Assembly (NCBI GenBank): GCA_964188305.1 | Contig: OZ076890.1 | DNA length: 64,000 nucleotides | Direction: 5' to 3' (one strand) | Origin: Podarcis bocagei | Taxonomy: Eukaryota | Shown: positions 13,025 through 25,400 of the stretch, piece by piece | How the letters are laid out: every line of letters begins with the position of its first letter | How positions within the stretch are numbered: position 1 is the stretch's first letter | The notes under the pieces: model-generated | What the model saw: only the letters and a program-made list of their open reading frames with translations | What the model was told of the DNA's origin: nothing | The model's database searches: none | Made by a program: the position numbers and the translations under genes

Positions 13025-13773
13025 ACTTGACCATATTCTCATATTGATATCTGTGAATACATCATGGATTATGAATAGTTGGAATCACTTGTGTATGGCC
13101 TGTTTCTAGAAATTGTCAACCAGAGTTATTTGGGACATACAATGAGCTACTTTGTAAGAAAGAATATTTGCCTAGATATTCATTCAGTTGATCTCAGATC
13201 CCACCAGTCCTAGTATTTGTCTTTCCCCCATAAACAACTAATAGTTGGATTTTATATCAATGAAATTGTGCTAAAGGTCATTGGACCCTTTGCAATATGA
13301 CTGCAGCACTTTTACACGTTTACCCTAAAGCCAAGAAAAAAGCCAAGGCTGGGATCCACCCCCACTCACATTCCAATACTTCCATGAATGCCAGAAGTCT
13401 ATTTTTTCTTTCAGTGGCACCCCATGTATTCTTGCAGGGTGCCACTCTGAATGACTTCCCAATCCAGAAAGGGCTGTCAATGGAAGGAGAGAGCTTCAAA
13501 GTTCCTGTGCAGAAACAGAAGTCAACTGGTGGCAGATGGATCCTGCCCCTCCTCCCAGGCATCTAAAATGTTTGATGACATTGTCTTGCTTAAAATTTAG
13601 AAGTATCAAGAATTTACATGCTAGTCTAGAAACAGAGGACAAAAAGGAATAGCCTGCTTACTCCCAATCATGTTGCTGCATCACCTGTACAAAATATGCC
13701 TCTATGAGGGCTGCTCAGTTCTCAGTGAATACCACTGTTTAAATTACATGTATGAAAAAGCATTCTCAAAAGT

Positions 13774-15904
13774 TCATGGAAGTGCAGGCAATTCTTCCAT
13801 GACAGAGTCATTATTGGAGTCTTCCAAATCTTCATTTTCAGACACTTCTGCTGTACGTTTCACACCCCTCTGTTGTGAAATGGCCATAATATATTTCATG
13901 TTATAACAGTTCCAGTCACAACTGTAGAGACAAAGACCATTGGGGGGGATTAGGTAGATTCAAAGCAGTGCATGCAAGAGCTTTCCTATGTTTATAAAAA
14001 GTAGCCAATAATCAGACCACTATCAGCAACATACTACTTGCATTGGTTCAAACATGCCACACTCATAGCTTAATTTCTCAAGGCAAACCTGAGAATGGCT
14101 CCAATGAAAAGTATTATGTTTGAGGCAATATGAAAGTTATGTCTGTGGATTTTAACTGAGGATGCTTCATTGGCACACGCAACTAATTAACCACGATCTT
14201 TCTTACTAGCTGCTTCTGCAAGTAAACTCCATGTTGCAAGATGCTCTAAGGCTGAAATGACAAACAGATCTAACATACATGGTGACTCTCTAGCCTGCCA
14301 GACTTTCCCCAAGCCCTTTCCTCACCCCAGCTTTCTCCATGCTCTTCTGCTGATCAGTGCAGCCCAGTGAGGAAGGCCCATTTTTCATCCCCACAAAGAC
14401 ACACCAGAAGGGTGGAATTAAGACAATGGGAAAGAAGACCTCTTCCTGAACTAATTGGAGCAGGTTAGCTATTGGGGGCTGTTTGTATGTCTGGTATGTA
14501 CTGTGTGTTTGTGCGTGTGTGAATGGGGAATGCATGTGTGCATTCAAGGATGGAGTACAGGACTGTCCCTACTAACCAGTAGTATGCAGCCCCCAACTAC
14601 CTACCCCGCCCCTGAAGGAATTCGGTGTTGGGAATGGGAGGGGTCCTTAAGGCAACAGGAAGAGGTCAGTGAGTGAATGGCAAGGAACTTGACAGAACAA
14701 AATCACACAAAGCTAGAAGATCCCAGGTAAAATTATCCCCAATACAATGTGGGATGTTAGGTGGAAGGAAGGGGAAAGGGAATTTTCATTAAGAAATTCT
14801 CAATAGTCTAGTCAGAGTCATCTCTTTCTACTGGGAAGAGAAATTATTTGAAAGAGAATGCAACTGAACAAAATACGTACAGTTTGGAAACGTCTTCAAA
14901 GTGACGCTGAATGCTCTTCTGAAGGAACTGAATGGTGGGTAGCAGTTTCTCTGACCTGCAAAAGCACACAAAAAACTTAACTCTTGGTTTGTAAAAATCA
15001 TTCTGTACATTTTAAGAATAAAAAGGGCTAAATTCAAAGAACTGAGACAGCTGTGAATGGTGACTTGCAATGAAACAACTACTACTTGCAGAAGTGGTAA
15101 ATTATCTCTCTCTCTCACACATACACAATATTGCTACAATTTAAGGTTCTGTCCACTGTGGCAGCTACCTGGCAATTAGGAATGAAATTTTCAGTCCAAT
15201 CACCTTAAAGGGAAAAAATTGGTACAAATACCAATTTTGCTAATTCAAATTCACATTCGAAAGAATGATATTTAATTTTCTAAAGCTAAGCAGATCTGGG
15301 CCCAACCAGTTCTGACGGGAAACCATTCCAAATTTCTTGGATATGGGCAGGATACCAGTATGTCTTATTCTCTCTCTTCCCACACCCTTATCCCCAAGGC
15401 CACTAACCTTGTTTTTAACTTGCATCCATGTAACATAAGCAACTTCTGAGTCCAGATTAGATAGAATTCCAAATGACGAGATGTCTCAAAGGAAGAGGCT
15501 AAAAATTCTAGCATTTTTTCTATATACACTTCTGGAAGCACTGAGGAGATTACTTCAACTGCGGTTTAAAAAATAGTAAGTTATTAGTTTAAATCACATG
15601 TGCAAAATCTTAAGCTAAAAAACCCCAGTATATTCTATATGATTCATCACTAAGTTTTCCAGTTCCAAGTTGTTGTTTTTTTAATTAAAAAAAAGATATC
15701 TCCAGGCAAAGGAAATCCAAATCAATAAGCTGCCATATTGCACGATGCTATTCTTTCCCTATTTCCCCCTCTTCTAGATTCAGGTAGGTAGCCGTGTTGG
15801 TCTGACGCAGTCAAAATATATATATATATATATAAATTTAAAAATTGTCCAGTAGCACCCTACGAGACTAAGAACAAACTTAGTTGGTCTCTAAGGTGCT
15901 ACTG

Positions 15905-15943
<39 letters not shown>

Positions 15944-16409
15944 TATATATATATATATATGTAGGTTTTGGTGTCTTCGGGTGTCTTCCCGTGTAAGAGT
16001 TGGGGTGTCTAGGCGACGTTTCGACGAGGTCTCACTCGTCATCTTCAGGCTGGTGCTTTCGGCTTCTTGTTACTAGAACAGAGCAGGATCTCAGTGTTTG
16101 AGTTCCTATAAATACTGTTGAGGGGGTGTGGTGTATAGCCTCCAACGTTCTGGGCAGAGAGGAAGTTCCTAGGAACTTCCTCTCTGCCCAGAACGTTGGA
16201 GGCTATACACCACACCCCCTCAACAGTATTTATAGGAACTCAAACACTGAGATCCTGCTCTGTTCTAGTAACAAGAAGCCGAAAGCACCAGCCTGAAGAT
16301 GACGAGTGAGACCTCGTCGAAACGTCGCCTAGACACCCCAACTCTTACACGGGAAGACACCCGAAGACACCAAAACCTACATTCCTGTACCCGTGAAAAT
16401 CTACGAAAG

Positions 16410-16468
<59 letters not shown>

Positions 16469-19400
16469 TCTCCCCCTCTTTCTGTTCCTCTAATGGTCAC
16501 TACTTGCATTCTTGCACATATGTCAAGCACCTGAGATCATTTGGGACTTCATATACTTTCCCTTCTCCCTAGTATATAGGCAAACCAAGTATTGGAGACG
16601 TCTTAGAACCTCAGGAAATTTAGCTTTCTGCAACCACCACATTAGACTGGCAACAGAATTCCAGCTTACTTTCATTGTATGGAACAGTTTCTAGGACCTC
16701 CTGAATCAGTTTCTTCTCATTCAGTCGAAAAGACATGACAATCGCCTTGGTGTACTCCTTCTGAACCAGTACTTTACGAATACTGCTAGGGGTGATGTCA
16801 ATTTCTAGGTCGTATGGATCAAAGACCAGACTAGAGTCCAAAGAATAGATAAGAAGACCTTCTGTGGTTGTTGCTGCCCAGCTTCGTCCTACAAGAGAAA
16901 TATTGCTTGTGCTAGTTAAAATTGTTCGTGTCTGAAAGGAGGAATATTGGAAAATTATATTACAGACAGCTTTTATAAACCATGATCTTGAAGAATAAAT
17001 CTACATGTACAAACAACTTTGTTCTTAAACTGTACTGGCTGGCATAAAACATGTACTTTCCACTAGTCAAATCCAAGTGCAAATAAGTGACAAATATCTA
17101 GTAATTATGATTAGTTATGCTGTTCTAGGGGTGAACTAAGACAGCCATCTCATTCCAAAGCAAGTAATGGTGGGAACTGTAGTTTAATTCAATTCCCAGT
17201 TCCTTTAACAAACTACAGCTTCCATGACACTTTGGGGGAAGCCCTGTGCTTTAAATGTGTGGTGGGACTCTACCCTGCCCCTGTCACTGCAGATCCTTGT
17301 TTCTTCAAGTTTCCTTCACTACTCCTTCCTGCTGCAAATGAAAGGCAGAGGTCTGATTGGTTGCCTCTCAATGCTGATGGCAAGAGATGGATGCACAAAA
17401 CAGCATATGAGGAGTGTTAGGGAAAACACTCAAGGCAGAGGCATAGCATGGGGAGGGCCAGGGGGGCATGATTTTGAGGGAGCACAAGCACACAGGGATC
17501 CCCACATGTTTCATATGGGCATCAGTTTTGTGTGGATACCTATTTAGACATTTGGAAGGCTTCTTAATGTATGTTTAATTTAAAATTTACTTACTAATGG
17601 TGGTCTATCTTTAGTATTATTTGTATATGCCAGTTATCATTATCCCTCTTTCTCTTCTTTTATTTCCTCTTTTTCCTTGTTCTTCTCATTAAATTCGCAA
17701 ACAAAAAAAATATTAATAGCAATTTTTAAAAAGACAGCCCCTTCCATTTCTTTTAAACCACCACAACCTGATCCTAAAAGCAGCAGCACACCATTGCCAG
17801 CTCCCTTCTAAAAGCACCCACCGGTAGGAGAGAAGCGGAGGCTCGTCACTCTTATTTCTGGTTTAAAGGATCGAGAACTCATGTCACCTGAAACAAAGTA
17901 AAAGACAAATTCAATTAACTTCTTGAGTTAAATATTAACTTTGCATGTATCAACCATGAGAATCCATGTTCATTCCATTTAGTTAGCCATCAGTACAATA
18001 TTCCTAAAAAAGGTTTAAAACTGTTTGCCAGAGTAAAATGTTTAAACAGCATAGTAAAAACTACATTTTCAGCTCTATCCAACACTGAAAGCTTCAGACA
18101 ACATGTGAAGCTGCATGCAATGGAACTTCCTCTCCCGTACCCCACCAGTCCCGCCGACACACTCAAAATAAGTTTTTGGAGGGTAGCTTTTGCTGATGTA
18201 CCAGAAAAAGAGAGGCAATGAAAGTCCTGTTGCACAAGTGGAACTCTGCTTGGGCAGTGTTGGATACAACCCATTTCCTTCCCTATCATCACTGTCACTG
18301 AACAGTACAGATTGTTGCAGTAGTATCTAGGAATCTGCCTAGCCTTCTGATTGCAACGTTGGATGGGGCTGATGGGAGCGAAAGCAGATTAAGACAGGTA
18401 AACTGCAAGAGAACACAGGAGAGAGGCAACAGGGACAACTTCACAAAACAGGGATGGATGTGAAAATGCTGGTGGCGACCACAGTGCTGGAGGAACTGAA
18501 TCACTGCCCTAGAACCATCACAGAATGTAAAACTGATGGCTGCATTGACCTCAGCATTTTGAAATCTTAAATTCCAAGTGCCCATTCTCACACAATGGGT
18601 TTCACTCTTCAGGAGATGTCAAAAGAAGACAAAGTGCTATTAGCTGGACTCCCAGCTTAAAAAAAAAGGTTTGACCACCGCTTTAGGAAGTAAAAGTGAG
18701 AAAGCATAAACAAAAGGCTTGCTTTGCATGTTCTCACCCTTTCCATTCCTCCCCGACTCAGCAAGGGAGCTTCCTAGCTCACAGAGTACCTGGCACACAT
18801 GAAACAGCAGATAAGCTGAAAATTGTGAAATGGAAACAGATACCTCTTTTAACTCCCGGAAGAGGGATTGCAACATTATCATCATCCCCAGTTCCTTCAT
18901 CTATTAATGCCATGCTACCAAATTCAGTCATTTTCCTGCGATCCAAGTACTCCTGTAAAATTGAAAAACAGCAACAACACTGAAAAGCTTATATTCTTCA
19001 GGTAGAAGGCATGTGAATTCAGGTAAACTATTTGGAATTTCTATAATGTTTCAGAATATTTAAAGGGCTACAGCATTTGCTCAATCTCTATCCCTCCAAA
19101 TCTAAGATGTGCCCATGCTTTCTGGATAAAAGTCAAGCACTAGAAAGACAACATTGATTCATACCAGAAATAGATTGGAATGTCATAACAAAATACTTTG
19201 GAGCACAGATTTGCATCACTTGGTCCAAAGACTGAATTCATTGACGGATTACAACTCAGGTTGCCACAGGGAAGCAGAAGCACAAACATACTTCTGTTTA
19301 ATAGTGTCATATACATCATACCCAAACATACACAACAAATGGGGGGGGGGGGGAATCAATCACTAACCTCCATTGCATCCAAAGACAAGTTGCAAGATAT

Positions 19401-22400
19401 TTCAAATTTCTTAATGAGCATCTGTTCCTTGACATGATAAATGCAAACAAACTTTGACTGCCCTCCTGCTAGAATACACTGCCCATCAGCTGAGTAACAT
19501 AGAGTAGTAAAAGATCTGGGGAGGAAAACAAAGACATGTTAGATTTATGTTATAAGTCAATCCCTTCCACCAAGAGAGATATTCTGGTTATGCTGCAGAT
19601 AGATGTCTGTTGTGCTAAGAAATGAGGTCCTCATTTCTCTGTTAGGATATTTCCGTTCCACCTTAAAAGGGAGCAGGCTTTGTGAGTCTCAGAGTCTGTG
19701 CATTTCCTGTTCACAGGATGTTTATGTTTTTCTGTTGCTTTCGTTTCTCTCGGTGCCTGAAACACTGAAGCAGGCAGTCATGTTTTTCTCTGTTCTGACT
19801 AACGCAGAATAAACTTATAAATAATGCTCTCCTGCGTGCATCTTTGCTGTGCGTTATCTGCTGATAAGAGCGTGCATCAGCCCTGGAATGTGGCAAGCTA
19901 TTTCTGGAGCTCGTGTCGCTAATTGCTGATACTGCGTGTCTACGGGAGATCGATGGACGTCCAGAGGCGACGTGGGGCCAAGATGGACTTTGTCTCCCTG
20001 GCAGTATCCCAACATTCTCTACCCAACCATTCCAACCATAGACATCTTAAAATCATTTCTTCATGAACTAAAGAGACTCAACACATAATAGAAAAGGTCA
20101 GGATTGAAATAAACAATGTTGTGACAGCCTGAATACCATGGGGTTATTAATTATAGTAGAGCCTTCTATTTTATTAGTGGGAGATTAAAAAAGAGAAAAT
20201 ACTCATATCGCCTGACATGTTCATCACTGTTTAAAAACCTACCTGCAATAAGTTCTTTCTTTGCAAAAATTATCTGAATAAGTTATCTGAATACAGTCCT
20301 TCAAAACATATGCCTGCCATTCTCTTACTGCCTTTGCCTGCTAACATGGTAAGAGGGGTGCTGAATGAGCTCTAACAAACTGCAAGGATACCTTTCACAC
20401 AGCAACAAGTAAAACCTAAGACTCTGACTACAAGTCTGACTACAAGCTCATAGTTGATGGGAGCATTAAGTCAGATGACCACATCTTAAGAAGTTATCAA
20501 AACCAGATACTAATACAATCACATATGCACACTTTTATCTGCAGTAAGGAGACACCTTTAATTTACAAAACGTCAATAGGACGCACAAGAGAGCTTTCAA
20601 AGGCAGCCAGCAATGCACAAGCTTCCTACTTCTCTATTAAAACTAGTCTAATAAAACTCAAGTTCACCAGATACACAGGTAGTTAATTCCAACAACTATA
20701 TTAAGTATCCCTAATTCAAAGGAAGAGAGCTAGTCCTTCTTAGAATAGGGTCACAAATGGGTTAGATGACACCAGAGATCCCTCCCAACCCTGTGATCAA
20801 ATAGTCAACCTACTTATGTAACAAGCAAATAGAAAGAGAACCTATCCAGTTGGCGCTGACACAAAACCCCACACATACATGATAAAAAACAATATAAGTT
20901 TCACCACTACCCCTGCTCTCCCCTTCTCTCCATCCCTGACCTTATACTGTACTCAACACTAATGCCCCATAACAAATGTAACTGATCTGTAGAAAAGGCT
21001 TTACAACCTGAAAAAAGAGACAAGGCATGTACTTCTGTAAACCAAGAAAAAAAATTTTTTTTTTTTTAAAAAAGGCTACCTACTTCCCCTTAGCAGATTG
21101 TTTGGCAGTTATTTTGTCCAGCTCTTTTCTGCCCATCTGAAGGTCATGTCGTCCTACAATTGATCCAGTCTGCACAGCATTTTCATGGTCCCAGAAAGTG
21201 ATCTGTCCATCCAAGGAAGCAACTGCAAGTTCATTGCCATCCGGACGAAAAGCAACAGCGAGCACTGAAAAAGGTAAGGGAGCAAAACCAAAAGCCACGC
21301 CTTCCTGTATGTACATTTCGGCCACATTGCCCTCAGTTGTTAAAAAACACACACAGATAAACTCAATGAAACCAGATTCAGAACTTCCAAAAATCACACA
21401 TGAACACACACACTCAACACATAACATATCCATCGTCACAAAGACTATATATAATGCTGTGCTGTATAAAGTCGTGCTGAAACATAACCATTTATCCTGG
21501 CATTTTTTTCATTTCTGAACCTTTTGCAGTTTACATTTAAAAGCAGGTACTGCTAACACCTGCTGTACTGGGTTGGTTGGTTTTTAATGCAAATGTATTT
21601 GTATTGCCAAGCTTTTATGCAATGACTGCATTTACTCATTTTAATATGAATCTTATAATGCTTGCTCATTGACTGTTTCTCATCTGATCCTTCAGCTTGT
21701 TATTATAGTATTTATTGCAGTTTATGGTGCACTGCATGTTTTGCAACCTGCCCTGGGACTGGGCAACAAAGAAGGGAGAGACAGAAATGCTTCAAGTAAA
21801 TACAAGTAAACACAGATGTACTTCCTGACAAATTAAGTTCCAGTTGTGAGGAAAAAGCTGCATTATATGCAAGCTTTCTTCCCAGAACCTAGGACCAACT
21901 GAAGCTTTAACCAGCCACCCAACATCACATGGAGAACATAGCTGCCTGCAGTCGCACAAGAGGTTTCCATGGGACTCACCATCCGAGTTCAGTGCCAGTG
22001 TTTCCTTGGTCCTCCAGCTATCCAGCATATCCCACAACCTGACTGTCTTATCCCAAGAGGCACTTGCTAGGACACACTTGACGGGATTAAAACACAGGCT
22101 ACTGATGGGGCCTTCATGACCAGCTAAGACCTAATGGAGAAAAGCCATGTATATGTTGGTTTACACAGGATCTTACACAGGGAAAACAATAATCCACAGA
22201 TGGAACTCTATGCATACAAAATGCAAAAGTTGCACATTAGAGATTTCATTACTGGGTTGCAATTCTCAACATTTAAAGTTACTATAGTATATGACTTTTG
22301 GGCCACATTTAAAATCAGCAAAGCACATGACCAGATCCTTCTAATGCACCATCAAATCAGTGCAAGGATCCAGGATCACAAGCGCTAGGACTTTCAATAC

Positions 22401-25400
22401 AGCAACACTAGAACAATCACTGTATCGCCATCACAGCTGTGGATCAGCAATGCAAGACACGACTATTTGGCAACAGATATCATTGCCAGATTCAGCACGG
22501 CAGCACACACGGAACAGCTAACATACAGGGGATACATCCTTATATTGAATTATCATAATGGGAGTGAAAATGATAGGCAGACCTCTCCACTTGCTCTACA
22601 AAGGATTCTGTTGAAACTATGAAGACACAGGGAACACCAAGTGGGCAGAGCTGTGCCGATCAATAGGGTTTGATGTTAGAAGCTGAATTTATATGCAAAA
22701 ACTGAACATTAGCTAGTAAGATAAATTAAAGATGTGCCTATTTTTAATCATGCTCAACTCACTCAAGTTCAATGATTGTTTTCAATCCTGCAAATATATA
22801 CGGTCTCTGCTCTAAGGATGGAGTCAGCCTCAATTAAAAGCAGTTTCAAAAGGAATTGAGATAACCAGAACAAAATGTCTCTTACATCTAAGAGTCGCCC
22901 ACTCTGCACTGACCACACAAATACTTCAAAGGAGTCCTGAGAACCAGCTGAAACAATCTCGCCACTGGAGTCCACAGCCAAGCAAGAGAACTGAGTTGGT
23001 CGTGGGGAAGTGAAGGTGCGGAAATTGCGGTACCTGTTTAAAACATGCAGGAATGTGATTTAAGGAAGAGCTTTGGTGCCTGTATACTATTCTAGGTAAA
23101 AGTTCCTCAGTGATATCACAAAAAGTGATGGAATATCCCAAGTGATGGAATATTTATACAACCAAAGCCTAGGCTTCTCCCCAATGGAGAAGGCTAGGCT
23201 TTGGTTGTTTCTGAAACTGGGTGCAATTTTTCTATTGGATACTTTCAAATTATGAAATGCTCACATGACACAATGGCACAAGAGGAGTGTACCACATCTA
23301 ACCAAACAACATTCTAGATATTAATTAGAAATATTCCCTCTAAATTCTCTGGTTTTCCACTCCAAGCTCAGGGAAGAGAGAATTTTGCTAGGGGGGTAAA
23401 AGAATAATTTACCTGTGCAAATCAAAAGCTCGAACTGTCCCATCTAGGGAAGCACTCAGAATGACATATCCTGAAGCACTAAATGTTACGGCAGATATAC
23501 TGCTTGTATGTTCTGTAAAGGTTACAAAACAGAAACCACTGCTGGTGTTCCACACCTTCACCTGAAAATAAAACAGAAAATGCTCCAGTAAGATTCAGAA
23601 ATATTCCTTTTCTGGGACTGACACAGTATTGAGATTCAAGTCTCTGAAAGAACATTCCAGTACACCACACTTAGCAGAGCTAAACTTCCAGGGAAGTTAA
23701 GCAAGTCATTCAAAATCACACATGCAGAAGCCCAAGGACATGAATTTATCATTTTGTCATCAGCCGGAAACATCACTGACAACATGATCTGGCTAGACAT
23801 TACGAGTCGCTACAGCCAACCAAGAACGTGGTCAACTTCCATGTTACACAGCTTTGCTTCTGCTCCAAATATACACTAATGTCTTTTTTCTAAAAAATAA
23901 TGCAAGCATCAGCCATAGCAAACAAGAGTGACAACATATCCAAAATAAATTAAGGTTCCTAGCTCCTAGGAACTTTAAGAGCTCCTTTCTTAGTATCTTT
24001 ATTGCATATGTCCAGAAATTGCAGATTTTAGAGAGTTACAAACTCCATGTTCAATAACATGCGGCAGACTTACTTTCCCATCATCTCCGCCAGTGACTAA
24101 GTACTGTCCATCTGGAGAATATGCAAGAGAAACCATGCTGTTGAAATGGCCTTGCTGCTTCAGCACATAGGACTCGCTCTGCCATTCCCAAACCAGAAGC
24201 TGCCCCAGACCTATAAGGATAATGACAAGTAGTTCAGACTCAAATACAACTATTCAATCTATACATTTTCCTGCAGCACCAATACATAGAATACACCAAC
24301 AAACACAAAGCTAAGTCTGTAAATTGCAGTTAATGAGATCAGAAATCTGGTGGGTGAAAGAACTGCACCAATCAAGACTGACCAAACTGGATTAGCATTT
24401 CACCGCTCTCAGGGTTCTACTGGATTCTTATTTTTTACACAAACTTGTGCTTGTCCATATTCACAAGGACAATGTGATGCATGAACTGGCAATGCAACAC
24501 ACATTGCCATGACCAAGCCTTATGAGGAATGGTTGAGGGAGCTGGGTATGTTTAGCCTGGAAAAGAGGAGATATGATAGCCACCTGCAAATATCTAAAAG
24601 GCTGCCACATGGAAGATGGAGGAAGCTTGTTTTCTCCTGCTCTAGAGGCTAGGGCCCAAACCAATGTATTCAAGTAACAAGGAGATTCTGACTCAACCTG
24701 CTATTGTTCGTGATTTCATAACCCAGCTTGATAAAGAAATGGGTCCAACCTCCCTAATTTTGCCTGGATGTGATAACTTTCCAAAGTCTCTAAAGGAGCA
24801 ATCATATGCACAAGAAGCTGACGCAAAGCAAGCTGGTGTAGGTTAAGAGAGCATGAAGTGAAACCTGATCCAAACACTGTCCAGCAGTGGGGCTGCTGCT
24901 CTGCCTGAGCATAGCAAGCCTTTCAAGGTGTATTCTACGGCAGGTCATGCAACCAAACTGAATGGGCTCAGGATCCAGCCTAAGTCGGAGAGAGGGCGCT
25001 GGTCCTGCCCCAGCCATGACCTTTCCTGGGAGCTTACACCAGCTTGGCTTACCAGCTTCACCTCACCTGGCTGAACCTTGACTAAGCAAAGATAAGCAAG
25101 TTATGCTACGGCGTCTTCAACAGTGTCAGCATTGGGGACTTCTTAACACCAGCAGAGCTGAAAATTTAAGCTTCTCATCCCAGCAGCCCCCAATTTATAT
25201 CTAAAGGAATTTCCACAGATGAAGTGTGTCAAAGGGTTCTCTCAACATAACTGATTGTATAAACAGGCCCTCATTCAACTCTGTGTCTTATAGTTACGCA
25301 CCTGCACACCCAAAAGCAATCCAGTCACCAGTACTGTTGACAGAAATAGATGCGATCCTTTGGTCCGAAATGCTAAGTAGCAAAAAGAAAGAAAGAAACT

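Noticed and set aside
20098-20227. Intronic C/D snoRNA in PWP2 (GTGATGA ... CTGA on the minus strand)
   Set aside because: No terminal stem or recognisable rRNA guide; boxes this short occur by chance.
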